Shown here one piece after another: positions 35,213-47,871 of a DNA stretch of 64,000 bases. This DNA is from Eutreptiella sp. 'Long Island Sound 2002' (taxonomy: Eukaryota > Protista > Euglenida). Positions within the stretch are counted from its first letter, which is position 1, and the number at the start of each line of letters is the position of its first letter. The notes below the pieces were generated by a model. The model was given only the letters and a program-made list of their open reading frames with translations, was not told where the DNA came from and did not search any database. The position numbers and the translations under genes are program-made. The stretch lies in NCBI GenBank assembly GCA_964036045.1, contig OZ038378.1, forward strand, positions 176,204,001-176,268,000, in the 5' to 3' direction.

Positions 35213-38200
35213 AGGCAAGGGCACTGGGCGCTCACACCATTCTCATAGGACAATGCGTTCTAGGATCCTTGCCACTCTGAAATACAAGAAATGATGCTAT
35301 GTATGCGGCACTAGGCCCCTAGATCCTGCACACAACCCTACCACAGGATCCCCCTCGCCGGTGGCATGCAGATATGGGGGTTAGAACACAACCCACAGAT
35401 CTGCCACAATCGGACCCTAGAACCCTGAAATGGGTGGGGTGTCCCGACCCACCAGAGTGTTATGCAAGGGCGCCAATGGGCCTCAACGCCAACCAACATT
35501 GGCTCTTCATGCTCCCTTAATGATCTAATTTGACTCCCTAGTCAGCCAGAGTTATGGCCCCGCCATTGTCCCAAGGGGGGTGTGGGGTCCAAATCTGGGT
35601 GTTTCCAACCCAGATTTCCCATGTGGCAAAAAGTCCAAAAATGACCCCCAACCCGGGCCATATGAGGGGAGAGCACGACCAACCAAGTACATACCCTTGA
35701 AGTACAATCCCCATAGAGGCCCTGTGTATTCTAGATCCCTTAGATTCCCCAGGGTCCTAGAGCCTTGGGGTCGCCAAGTGGGCTCAAGACGCCAAAATGG
35801 CCGAAATCGCCCACCCTGACAGCGATGCACAGGCCCAAGAAACGGGGGCCAATCTCTACCTTGATGGTCCCTTTCAGAAGGGGACCATGGCCCCTCAATA
35901 GAAGAAAACGGGAGCTTTCAGCTCCGCATGGGGCTACAGATATGACCCTCACTTTTGGGGGTCACGATTGACGTCAATATGGGGGGGTATGGTGGCCAAA
36001 CCCATGCCAATCATCCCCTTCGATCATGCGGGGGGTATGGCACCCTCGTATCTCCAAGTGGAAAATCCCTTGGAACCAAACCAATCCCAATTCCTAGAGC
36101 CTATACCCTTAGCTGTCCCTGCATGGCGTGGCGTTCAGCGAGGGCGGCTAGTCTTGGAGAGCCGGCGCCGCCAAGTGGGCTCACGGAGCGATTTTGGGCA
36201 AAATCGTCTGTCATGATGGTGGACTCCCACGCCGCCACGGTCCTGCCCGACCTTGAGTAGATGCATGCAAGGGGAAGGGAGCTTGGGTGAGGACCTCCTA
36301 TAGTTACTTTGGTTCGGGCCCTTGAGGGTGCGGCACACGGGGGTTCACTAGCATGGTCATATTTGGGCTGAAAATTCGGTTTGTCCCAAATGTGACCAAA
36401 GTCGGGCGCAAAGGAAAAATGCTAGCCGTCACGAAGCGACGATCTAGGCCCAAGTTCGCTATGGGCGACAGAGAGGGGACCAAATGCCCCAACCTCCATC
36501 CCTTAGTTGCATCAAAACCCCTCCGGATTTGAGAGTGGCGCATGGCGCCATTGGGGTCACGGTGTCGTCTTTTTCTTGCTGCCTGTCGCCGCCACCGTAG
36601 TCGCCGTCGCCGCAGTCGCCGCCGGCGCGATCCATTGACAGTTCTGATGACTTGACGTCTCAGATTTGCAGCCAAAGAGGTCCAAAATTGTGTCCTCTAA
36701 ATCAAGGTAGTCATTTGGGCGCGAAAAGCGCCAAGTTCCGTGAGGGTCGAGATTTTAAGCTCCCTCCGGAACTTGGCGCCGCTTGATCTCAGGAACCATG
36801 GCGAGTTGAGTGGACATCAAGGGCTCTATCTCATTGCCCTAGATATCTACTTTATGAATATGCTTGGGTTTGAGGGAATTGAGGGTCATTTGATAGAGAT
36901 ATGGCAATAGTGGTGAAAAAACTTATTGTACACATTTCCAATGAGGGAGCAAAGGGACGAGTCGTCAACCAAAAGGGACCATAGCGTCGCTTGGGCTTCC
37001 CAAGCGACATGAGACAAGGTTTTCAATAATAAATGCCAGGCAAACTTTGGTTTCGCCTTATCTAGCGTCCCTAAGGGTGTTACCGAATTTTTATTGTACA
37101 ATACTGGGCATATGTGCCAAATATATGCCATATCATGGACAAATATGGCCATATACTCTTGTGCGCGCTCTCCACAAGGTACAGACGCATTTAGTTGACT
37201 TGGATGGTCCAATTGGGAGTATAATAGATCATCCAAGTCGTCTATACCGGTCCGTACCCAGTTTACATATTTTCCCCGTGCAATTGTGCATATTTTGGCA
37301 TTTTTGGCCTTATCTCATATGGTTGCACATATTGCAATGGTGTGGCGCTTGTGTTGGGTTTTGGATCGATCCGAAGGTTGTTATGTGACACTTAGGTGAC
37401 CTCCTAGCATCACCAAAGGTCACTCATCGACGTCCCCATGTGCGTTCATACATCCATATGCAATAGGGGTAGCATTTGGGAAATTTGGGCATTCTTGGGC
37501 TCACTTGAAAAATTCATTCCAAGTAGCCAACACGTCAAATTGATCCAAAACCGAAACATATGTTGTGCAAGGCTCTCTACTTCACATTTTGAGTCACTTG
37601 GATGCCAAACGAATTTTTAGCGCAATTTGAAAAGTGGCGAAAATCGCGTCGCCCTATATTTGGGTACCAAAAGCTCCGAAATATGGGGAGATGAACCGAA
37701 CCAAGTGAACCGTGTGGAGTGTGGGACATGGTGACTCATGTCCTAGAAGGATAGAGTTCCGGTTCAACAAGGGCTTGTAGTTGCTCCATAGGGGACAGTC
37801 ATGGTTTGGGGCCTTTGTGGCCACTCTTTGCATGCATGTGTCCAAATGTGTTAATTTGTGGGGTCAATTGGCGATCCTACAGCGCCGAGCCCATGGTGGC
37901 TTTGACCGTCATATTTTAACACAATGAGAACATGACTAATGGCTCCGAATTTAAGATTTTGGCCAGAAATATGGCGAGCATGGCGGTGCCATAGACTCCA
38001 CCCTATGATCGCCAATTGGGCCCACATGGCATCATCTCGCTGTACAATGCGAGATTAGATACATTGACAGCCGGAATCGATAGGGTATTGGATTCCTGAT
38101 CGATTCCGCCGATTGGAAAAAAATTGCTGTGCCCGCAGGCTGCTAGGTACGGCATGAAAACAGGAATTCCATAATTTGGTGGGAACCATTGGTGTTCCCA

Positions 38201-40384
38201 AGGGTTCCCAGGAGTGTGAGGGTCCTGGGCACCGCTTCATGCATGATCATGGGGATAAAGAAAAATGCCCCTTTTCCTTAAAATGCGACAGTGGTGGCCA
38301 CCACAACACACGGGGGGAGAAAGAAAAAGTGTATTTCAAGTCCTACCGGAGCAGCTTTAGTTGTATTAAAGACACTCAGGGACACATCACATTTTTATCT
38401 TAGTGTTTGTCCCTCCACAAAATGTGGTAAATGCATTTTGACCTATAAAACCAATCAAATGTTTTGGAAAGGTGATGAGACCCCTGCCCCCCGCTTTTTG
38501 TCGGCTAACTTAAGATCGTCATGTGATATCTAGAATTGCTGGGGCACTGCTGTGGTTGAGAGCCCATACATTTTTATCTATTTTTTCGTTAATGTCCCTA
38601 CCTATCCTAGTGGTATGCACCCTAGGGAACTAAGGCACCTCTTTTTGAGAAGTCCTGGGCTCAAACCCCATTAAGCCTAGCTGAGTAGGATGAGCCCTTG
38701 TGGCATGGCAATTAGCTCAGTGCCACAAGCCATGCCACCTCAGCAAATATGGAGCTAATCTAAGAAGTGCACATCTCAGTGAGACACTGAGTTGAGAGGG
38801 TGTGACCCTAAGGCAGTTTTCCCTACTTTTTCAATTAGTTTTTATCTACCCTTTTAAAGACATCTTAATCTAGCTGATTTCTGCTGTACATAGCCTGTTT
38901 GTTCCTGCCTTTCTCTGTACTGTCCTTCAAGTCTATGATTCGATCCATCTTTTATACCTTCGGATTACATGCCGTTCTATTGCCTATCTGGTTTCATTGA
39001 TTTTATTGAAACCCCGGACAGTTTTGGGAAAATACAAGCAGGAGCACTCAACAAGCGCTTGGAAGTCTACAAAGAAACTTTTGCAGTACCAGTGCTAAAT
39101 CTTACCGTAACATCAGATGTTGGTGCAAGATTGAGCGCAGTGAAGACTGGGTGAGATTACTCTCTGTCATCACTCTGATGATAAACTGTCAAGAGAGCCC
39201 GTCTACGGGCTACCCATGTTCATGGGACACGTTGCCTATTTTTTACATGCCCCCTACCCAAAGGACTTCTATTCCACTCTGGAGGAGTGGTTCAAGGAAG
39301 AAGGAAGAAGGGGACAAGATGAACAAGGCCAAGGCCATGCACCAAACTGCTCCCCCCAAGTGTTTCCTTGTTTTTGTCGACTTTTCCTTTTTTCCTTTTT
39401 TTTTTCCCCTTTCCGTATCTTGCTCTTGCATCTTTTTCTCTGTTCTTGTAGGAGCCAACACAGGGATCGTCGCCGATACAGTGTGGCCAAGCGGGTAATC
39501 GGCTGTGGTGCACGAGCAGTCAATCTTTTTCTCGATGGATTGCAAATAGCCAGTGTTTGTCTTTCTTGTTCCATTGACACTCTCCCCAGAAACAAAAAGA
39601 AACCCTCGAAGAAAAAAGGCACCTCCAGGGAGCTTCTTTCAAAGGCCTGTAAAGATGAAATCTGAACCTTGCGGCTGTAGCCGCAAGCGATTGAAAGTCC
39701 ACGACTAGAGGCCCACTAGACAGATGTGTTCGGCCAGCAATCCGACCTCACAGTGCATGCTGCGAAATGGGCGAAAAATACAGCTTGTCACAGCCACAGG
39801 CCCTCACACACAGGTTCTCCACCGTTTGGCCTCTTTTGCCAAATACGGCATGACATCATTGAATGTTTGTCTTGCAGATGTCTTGAAATCACCTTGAAGA
39901 GAGATTGTTAGATCAAGTGCAGGCACGGGTGCCATATACTGCCCTTTTGGGGGTCATTTGCATAGCATACCCCAGTGGGTGATATGGGATGTCCAACCCC
40001 TTGTGAAATCATCATTGTCGGAGACAAAATTATCCCCTAATAGATTTTTCGATTTGACCCCGTACCTGGGTGGCACTTTTGGGGGGGTGGGGGTTGGGGG
40101 AGGGGATCAAGACTTTTTTTTTGCGTATTGTGGCCGCTGTGCATTGATTTCGACCCCAGTCCTGAACAACTCTTTCCTTATGCATTGGCCCTCTAAATAA
40201 ATGGCGGGGGTCTCGGGTCTGAACTCCGGGTGCCCGAATTTCAATGCGCCTGCAGAGACATGGTGCGCAGTGCAAGTCGGTCATTTCGGGTCCTGGCCCT
40301 CGACCATGCCCCAACCGTCACAGACATGCCCAACATCCCAATTCGGTAGCCCAGTCTCGCGACTGGTGCATCAACGCTGCCGCA

Positions 40385-40398
40385 TTTGTTCGCTGTAG
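40385..40398 (+). promoter_or_regulatory. Candidate 3' splice / SL trans-splice acceptor 4 nt upstream of the ynfA ATG
   Basis: TTTGTTCGCTGTAG|GGCGATG. The same arrangement occurs at CWC22 (TTCCGCTTTGTACAG|CTTTGGGCTTATG, AG at 45385-45386). Confidence 0.5.
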
Positions 40399-40402
40399 GG
40401 CG

Positions 40403-40858
40403 ATGGCGACATGGACGCTGCTGACCGTCCTACGCTCCGCGGCCCTCTTCCTCGTAGCCGGCATCGCTGAGATCGGCGGGGGCTGGATGGTGTGGCAGCA
40501 CGTGCGCGAGCGGCGGCCCTGGTGGCTGGTGCTGCTCGGTGCTGCCGCCCTCGTGGGCTACGGCTTTGTCCTCACGCTGCAGCCGCCGGCGGCCGGTGGG
40601 GCATTCGGGCGTCTGGACGCGGCGTACGGCGGGTGCTTTATCGCCATGAGCTTCGTCTGGGGCCACGTCGTCGACGGCATGCGGCTCGATTGGGGGGATG
40701 CCATTGGCGCGGGGCTGTGCCTTGCGGGCGTTGTGGTCATCATGGCCTGGCCCCGCGGCGATCCCAATGGGCCCGACCTGGCGGACGCCGCATCCGAAAT
40801 GCACGTGGCGCTGTCTCCCAGTGACGGAGGCGGGACTGCGATGGCAATGGCTCGGTGA
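40403..40858 (+). CDS. ynfA: YnfA/UPF0060 family small multidrug-resistance-like membrane protein, intronless
   Basis: Family motifs read directly: [36 protein letters not shown]...VDG.R.D..D.IGA.LCL.GV.VI..WPR. Four TM helices. Confidence 0.92.
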   Translation: MATWTLLTVLRSAALFLVAGIAEIGGGWMVWQHVRERRPWWLVLLGAAALVGYGFVLTLQPPAAGGAFGRLDAAYGGCFIAMSFVWGHVVDGMRLDWGDAIGAGLCLAGVVVIMAWPRGDPNGPDLADAASEMHVALSPSDGGGTAMAMAR

Positions 40859-43800
40859 GCCGGGCCGGGGTGCGCACCCGCACTGCCCCGTGCTGCCCTC
40901 CGCATTCACGCACCCCACGCACGGCATAGAGCGCGCCTCAGCAGCAGCCCCATTCATGCGGGTTGTGCAGTGGTCGCAGTCGGAGTGCTCCTGTAGCTGT
41001 GCGGTCCTTGGGGCGTTTAGGTTCGCCGGTATGGGCCTCTATTCATCAGGACAAGCGGCAGCGTCGTTTCAGCGGCAGGATGGGCCATTCGGAGATTGAC
41101 AGTTGCGGGATCAATTCCTGGTAAATAGTGCAATGGCAAGAGACATGGCCCTGCTAGGTTCCAGTGGGGCTGACGTCCAGGGTGAAGGACCCATAAGCCC
41201 AAGACGCACGTGTCGAGGACGATTCCAGCCCACACTACCACTCCGAACAGGAAAGACGTGCGCCGGTGGTTCCGTAATCTACTGCAATGCTCAAACCGAA
41301 GCCAGCCACCGGGAGCTTCTTGCGGGCACAATGACAGTACCCTCCTGGTGATGCATGATGCACGAGCATATTGAGACCTGGCTGAAAGTTGCCTCGAGAG
41401 TGTGCACTCAGAATTGAGAGTGCCTCACACACGGTGCGCGCAAAGGGGCACCAAGATATCTGAAATTTTAAGATTGGGCACGTGGTAAATTCCTTCTCGA
41501 TACCACTGTGCTGCAACCAGGGTGGTGGCACAGTGGGGTACGCGGGCGCTACAGCAGAAGGTGGAATAAACATGGCAAAGATGCACAATGGTGACCATCT
41601 ACAGTAGTGATGCAAAAAGGTGTGCACGATCTCTGCCCTGCTGGGACGGCACGCGTGGATATATAGTTCAAGAACAGCCACAAGAGCTGTATGCATCATC
41701 CATGAGTGCTTCCATGGAAGTTGTAACCCGACCTTCTTGGGGGCAATTCTAACTTTGCTCTAGGGTCTTGGCCTGCCCAACAGGAGGTTGATCAGTAGGC
41801 AACAAGTACTTCTGTCCAACTGCGTCATGCTTTGGTCATGGAGCTTGACCTCACAGCCCATGGTGCAAAGTTGCCTTGCGGATCATCTCCCTGGGTCATG
41901 GCTCCCCTTTCATTCCATCATAGAGCTACTCATCGAGTGGGCGGCAAGCGCCACGGAGACAAAACGTCATGATCTTGTCCACAAAGCAGCCTGCTCCACT
42001 GGGCATTCTCAGTACAACTGGGAACGGCCAGAGTGCTCATATTGGATGGCGACACACTCAGGGAAGGACGAAAGGCCCACAACAGTGGCAGGCACACGTT
42101 CCCCAGTGGTACCTCTCTGATGAAAGACATTGCTGCCCGGCTTCAAAAAGTCAGCATTCATTGCCATGTGTCCTATGAAATCTAAAGGAGGAAACACATA
42201 GGAATACTGATATTGTGCAACATACAATGCCCCCTGCAGCCCACAAAGAAACCACACGAAATTGACAGCAGGGGCCATGCATCAGCACACTTGAGGTCTT
42301 CGCGTTGCTCTTCTTGGGAGAGCTAGGTGAATGGTTGAGCCATGAATTCTGCTGAAGGGAGGACAACGTAGCATGCTAGTTGGGGGTCAGGTGCGCGGGG
42401 CGACGTGAGCTTGCGGGGTCACGTTGTTGTGGCCGCGCATGTATGCTTCGGCTTCGGTGTCGGGCTGCAGCTCTGACGTGCACGTAGTCCGCGTGGTCTC
42501 AGCGCCCTTCTCCGTGATTGTTCTTTACTAGTGCTGTGCCGTTGTTTGTGTGGCGCGAGTTACGTTGTTGATGCATGAGGGCGTGGCGTGATGCATGAGG
42601 GTGCGGCGTGCGGCAGCACCTCCTTGGTGGTGGTGGAGTTGGTCTCGTCCATATGCAAAGTTGCGCCTCCGTCTTGGCAGGCAACCCTGTGAGGGCAAGA
42701 CATGTGGCAGAGCACACGGCCATATGCAGGGGCAGGGTGGAGGCTTTTTGGTCCATCGGCATGTCACCAAAGGTTTTCTGTGCTGGTACAGGGGGGAGTG
42801 CAGCATCACCACAGGCTTTTGGCCATGCACCCATCGCCGGGCCGTGGTTGTTGTGGGAGCTGGGAGCAATGGGAACTTGCGTACCAGCTCCCCTATCATG
42901 GCAGGTGAGTGGGTGCGGGGCCCTTGGGGTTGAAGCCCGTCAAGCCGGCGGGGTGCCTGTGGGGGTGAGGGTTCCGGCATGAAGGGGGCTGCTGGCCTGG
43001 TGAACGCCACTGCAATTGATTCATGGCCAGCGTGCCGGTTAGGCCAGGGGGTGGGGGGGTGGGGGCACTCAACTAGCCACACTGAGTCTGTTTTTACTCT
43101 GGGCCATGTTAGTTCATGGCCAAGGGTGCAGGGGTGTGGGTCCCGACTCTCACCCCCGGAGGGCTCTTCAAACGCGCTGTGGTGTTGGGTTGTTTGGGTT
43201 GACCACAATGGGGCGAGGGTGAGCAGCTCTCCTTGGCAAAACCCAGCCTCATCACAATGGCTTCTGCAGTGATGGGCGCAGGCACAGGCTTGTGCAGGGT
43301 TGGAAGCAGGCAATGGGTTGTGCAAGGGTGTGAGCAAGCAATGGCTTGTGCAGGGGTGTGAGCAAGCATCTCACGTCTCCGATTGCGTGTGCAGATTCAC
43401 CCATGGCCCCTTTTGTATCACAAAAAATTGCGGCCTCCCTGCCAGGGGCTGTTTGCAGCTACAACCAGCAATTCCCTAAGGATGAGGTCCTTGGACTGTA
43501 GTGGACCGTTGTTGCATGCTGCCCCCTTAGGCCACCGCGTCCCTGCCTGCAATAAGGGTGTAGTTTATTGGTAAATGATGCGTCTATTAAAGTGCGCGGT
43601 GTGAGCTGCGGCGTGCCGTGCGACTGAGGCACTCTCAATGTGCACAGAAATTGGTGATGCCTGAGGATGCGAAAATCTCATGTTTCCCCATAAGCACCTG
43701 CTCACTCTTTGTAGACGAGTGAAGGATTGCTTATTCCAATGTCTGCAGCGCGACTTGACATCCATGAGTCATAATGGTGAGGAATTACAAATGGGTGAAA

Positions 43801-45396
43801 ATGCTGTCAGCCAAGGCTCTAGAAACATAAACAAACCGGGCTGTCCCCAGATATGCATAAAGGCACGATTTCCCCCAACTGAAAAGAGCGGACAAGGGCT
43901 TGAGTGGCTCTGCAATGACCCTCAGCAATGAGGTTCGCCATGTAAGCTGGGAGTTGCCTGTGAGAGAGGTTTTAGGGGTTGCATTCCAGCGGAATATTGC
44001 TGTTGGTGGGAACAGACGTAGGAGCTTTAGGCCGGGTTTGGAGAGCAATTTCAGTGGACGTTGTGCTGTGTCTTTGAGGATAGAATCACAGAATCCTCAG
44101 CAAGGTGATACGAAGTGCATTTGACATTGTTCTTTTTCAATGGACCCACAATTGTGTTTTGTGTGGATAAGTTTGGTTGAAAATTAAGAAAAAGCCAGTT
44201 CTTGAAATAGTCAATACTCCGCATGACAGATATCTCTTAACAGTGGGGCCATTTTGGCAGATTTCTCTTTTTCGGTGCAATGCACACAGTGGCATCGTGC
44301 ATCAAACATGGTCCGAAATTGCAGCATGCACACAGCGTCCATTCGATCGTCTGATGCCTGACCTGAAGGGACACACCGTGCGCTGTGCACAAATTTGGCC
44401 ATTTGTCCAGTGCCTTGCCTGTGTGACCTTGTGAGTATAAAAGTGCAACAAGAGGAGGAAAACATGCAAGAGAAGGTAGGATGGAGTTCGATGAAAGGGA
44501 TCTAGAGATTGAAATGAAGATATCAACAGCATTCTGCTGAAACACACTTCGTACGCCACAATCAGTCGCATTGAAGTGCTGACTGACACTACTTGGACTG
44601 TTTTCCTGGATATTTTTTTGGCGGATGCTTCCAATTCCTATCATCAATCTCCGCACTGTGTTCGCTTGGGAGGAAAGGGTGTTCATTGACGAAATGATGC
44701 ATAAGAGGAACGCAAAGCGGCACCATCAACACGAGAATTGCACTGGCACAGTGATACTCCACCCCCTTGCCCCGTCCCCACTATCCCCCCGCCCTTGCGA
44801 TACCCCCTGGGGGCTGGGGGAACTGTCACCTGCAACATTTTCAGGACTGGAATGCTGGCAGCCAAGCCTGCAGCAAGTGAGCCCATTCCAGTGGCCCTTG
44901 TTGAGCAGGTTTAGCTCTTCATATGACTGCCAGAAAAGGTGGCATGCGGAGCATGGCCACATGTTCTTTCACATGGTCATTTTGTGCATGTTTTGTTGTG
45001 GCCCCGGTTGCCTTGGAATTCCCGGGGGTTGGCAGGCGAGGGAACCCTCCCCTCTGGCCAGTTTGGCCATGTTCCCTCGGGGGTGTGGGGGAACCGTCGC
45101 GTGCCGGCGGGGGAATCGGAAGGGGGGGCGGAGGCACAGTGACGGTACCGTCCCAGGAGGTTGGGTGGGGGGGGCACCGGCGCACGGGGGGGGGGGGGGG
45201 GTTGACAAAGTTGGGGCCGGGGGGGTTGCTCTCCCTTAGCATGTCCCCACACTTTTCTGGTGCTTCCCTGCACTTCCCGAGCGGTTCTCTACATTTCTGT
45301 GGGGGTTCCTGGTGTCGCTTTTTGGTGGGGACTTCACCGCTCGTGACGTTGGCGGCCTCTGTTCATGTGTGTTCCGCTTTGTACAGCTTTGGGCTT

Positions 45397-45501
45397 ATGG
45401 CCTACGATGAGCCACCCAAGCGACCGGCGGCGGACGGGGGCTACACAGGCGTGCCCGCCAGCAAGCGCCCGAGAGTGAATGACGACTATGAAGAGGACGA
45501 G
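45397..45501 (+). CDS. CWC22: Probable CWC22 exon 1 (MAYDEPPKRP...DDYEEDE)
   Basis: ATG 10 nt after a pyrimidine-rich AG; 35 codons, charged/NLS-like (ASKRPR); phase-0 donor GAG|GTGATC. Assignment rests on position and frame, not conservation. Confidence 0.6.
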
Positions 45502-46517
45502 GTGATCCCCGCCCCCTTTGTTTTCATTTCAGGGGCGCATTCGTTTCAAGCGCAGGGCATTGTCAGTGGTAAAAAATGTTCCCTTTGGGGAGGGGGGGGG
45601 GGGGACGCCAAAAAAAAGTTTGTGTGGCTCAAATCGGTCTCCAATTTCGGCCTCTCTAGTAAATTACCTTTTCCCTGTTCTATTGTGGCGGGGGTGGGGG
45701 AGTTGGCCGTGGCTGGTCAGGCCCCAAATGACCCCCCGCCCCTTCTGTGTGGACCCGACGCAGTAAAACAGGGACAGTCCGGGGGCTCCGTTGGCACCAC
45801 GGACCGAGGGAAAGGAAGGGTGTGTGCGGGGGTGAGGATAGGCCAGACCGGTACACCAAGGGCACTCGGTGGGTGGGTGGGTGGGGGGTGGGTCGGTCGG
45901 CTGCCCAGGCCCCCATATGACCCCCCGGGGGGGGGGGCGTGAGCAATGGCAATGGGAATGGCCCCATTGCAAGGGACCTGGTGGGGGGTTTGGAATACTC
46001 GACGGCATGGCCCATGAGCAGCGCCCCTGTGCCCCGGTCGGCGGGTGATATTAGCGTCGGACGGTGGGGTCGCGTCTTTGCGGGCCCCGGTTTTGACGCC
46101 CGGCAGCGCCACAACCTCCGGTGGACTGGCCCGGCACTGCGGATGAATGTGACGCCTGTCAACGCTGGCGGGGCCGGGGCCGGGGCCGGGGCCGCGCCAC
46201 GAGGGCAGGACGCTGCAACGGTGTTGACCCGTGGGACAGGCATTCCACACTCACATCACCCGGAAAACTGCACCCCCCAGCCCCGCGCCCCCCACACGGC
46301 GCGGAGGCCCAGAGGACACCTCTGACCCGATTCCGAGGACAGGGATTCTGATCAGGAATGCCGCAGGCCAATGCGCAGGCAGACCGGCTTTGGGCTGACG
46401 TGCGATGAGAGCCGTGAGGCGGGCGCGGCTGGAGCAAAGTGGATGCCCGCACCTGACCTTTTGATGCCCCGCCCCCCGTACACATTTGCCCACGACGACA
46501 CATGCGTTGCTGAACAG

Positions 46518-46550
46518 CGAGACGGGGCGGATGGCGAAGAAGGCGGTTCG
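46518..46550 (+). CDS. CWC22: Possible 33-nt CWC22 exon 2 (RDGADGEEGGS)
   Basis: AACAG| and |GTGAGG boundaries, phase 0 at both ends, acidic/Gly composition. Tentative. Confidence 0.4.
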
Positions 46551-47453
46551 GTGAGGGCGACCGGCGTAAAGTTGGGGCTGAGCGTCCCGGGGGACCCTGG
46601 ACCCCTGGAGCTCCATGTTCGGAAGGCCCGTCCCGCAGACCAGCCCTGCGAGACCAGGGCCTCATGTAGTCAAGTCATTCCTCGGGGCTGGAGGGTGCTC
46701 TCCGCCGCACATGATCTGCAATATGAACGTGAACTGCGGTGGCGCTGCGCATGCGTCTCGCTCTCGGGTCCCTCGGTGCTGTGGTGCCTGGCGTATCGCT
46801 GTGGTGTTGCCCCAGTGTTGTGCCGTGGGGCTGGAGGGTTGGGCTGGGGCGGTGTTACACCGATTTTCGCAGGAAACGGTCCATACCTTCGCCTGCCACA
46901 CGAGTGCACCCCCGGCTCGCCCTTGTGCGAGCATGGCCCGGGTCCCGGACACCGAAGGATCCCTGTGCCCACACAAGGCCGTGGCATGGCCATGGCTCCC
47001 ACTCACCCAAATCAGTCCGTATGGCCTTTGCACTCCGAAGCGCAACGCGTTGATGGGCAAGTCTCACCCGCATGCCCCAGCCCCTCTCTCCTTGACTTCC
47101 CACACACACACACACAATGGGATCAAGGGCTGGTGACTTGACGCTCTTGATCACAAAATGGCGGGCTTTTGCCTGCAAAAGGGGTGGGGGTGGGGGTGAA
47201 GCGTATGTCACGCACCGGTGCACCGGTAACGGTAGCGGTGTTCACTGGTGATCACCGGAAACCGGGGAATGAGTCGTGAGAATCGTGCGTTGGCATGTCC
47301 GAGGTCGCGAACTCAGCCCATGAAAGCCACGCCGCCGCACAAAGCACCGCCGATCCCTGATTCCCCAGTTTGGACGCACATTGAGGCGCATGAGTTCCGG
47401 GGGACGTGCACTCCCCCAAGCGGCTGTCCTCATGTGCGTCCCCCTGTGTTCAG

Positions 47454-47560
47454 GACAAACCGGAGGATCCGCGGGCCAAGGCAGACATGGAGGATTATTT
47501 GAAGGAGAAGCGCAAAGACATGGACACGCGCTCCGGGGGGGTCTACATCCCGCCGTTCAG
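47454..47560 (+). CDS. CWC22: CWC22 exon with the conserved N-terminal motif
   Basis: TRSGGVYIPPFR matches the CWC22 TRTGGAYIPP motif; ends at a GC donor AG|GCATGT. Confidence 0.9.
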
Positions 47561-47696
47561 GCATGTTCGGGTGCGGGGGCCATGGTATCCGTGATGCAGG
47601 GCCTTCGATGGACGACCCGGATGTGCGGTCACGAATGCCCCGCAGCGTGGGGTACGGCCACATGAACGGCAACAGCAGCCGCGGCAGTGACAAGTA

Positions 47697-47871
47697 ACCC
47701 CCCATGTCCAGCGAATGCCGTGTCCAACGAATACTGCCGTTCGGATCGTTAAGTGCCGGGTTTTGGGAACCGAATTAATTGGGTACCGAACGGCGTGTCC
47801 AACGAACACTCCTGTTCGGACCGTATTTTTGGAGGATTTTATTGTTCGCTGGACACGGGGGGAGGGGGGGT
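47697..47871. mobile_element. 175-bp MITE with TA target duplication inside the GC-AG intron of CWC22
   Basis: TA|ACCCCCCATGTCCAGCGAA ... TTCGCTGGACACGGGGGGAGGGGGGGT|TA; internal GTGTCCAACGAA direct repeats. Confidence 0.8.

Noticed and set aside
35242-38100. 5' LTR or autonomous element upstream of the gag-like ORF
   Set aside because: No second copy below 31 kb, no TG...CA ends identified and no recognisable ORF; only short internal inverted motifs.
38969-39330. Possible exon or RT fragment (LLCHHSDD / HVAYFLHAPYP)
   Set aside because: Frameshifted, no family motif convincing enough, no consistent splice sites.
44640-44740. WEERVFIDE as a DDE transposase motif
   Set aside because: A single short motif with no supporting downstream motifs.
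47700-47850. CRISPR-like repeat-spacer array
   Set aside because: Only two or three degenerate internal repeats inside a TIR-bounded MITE; eukaryotic context and no cas genes.
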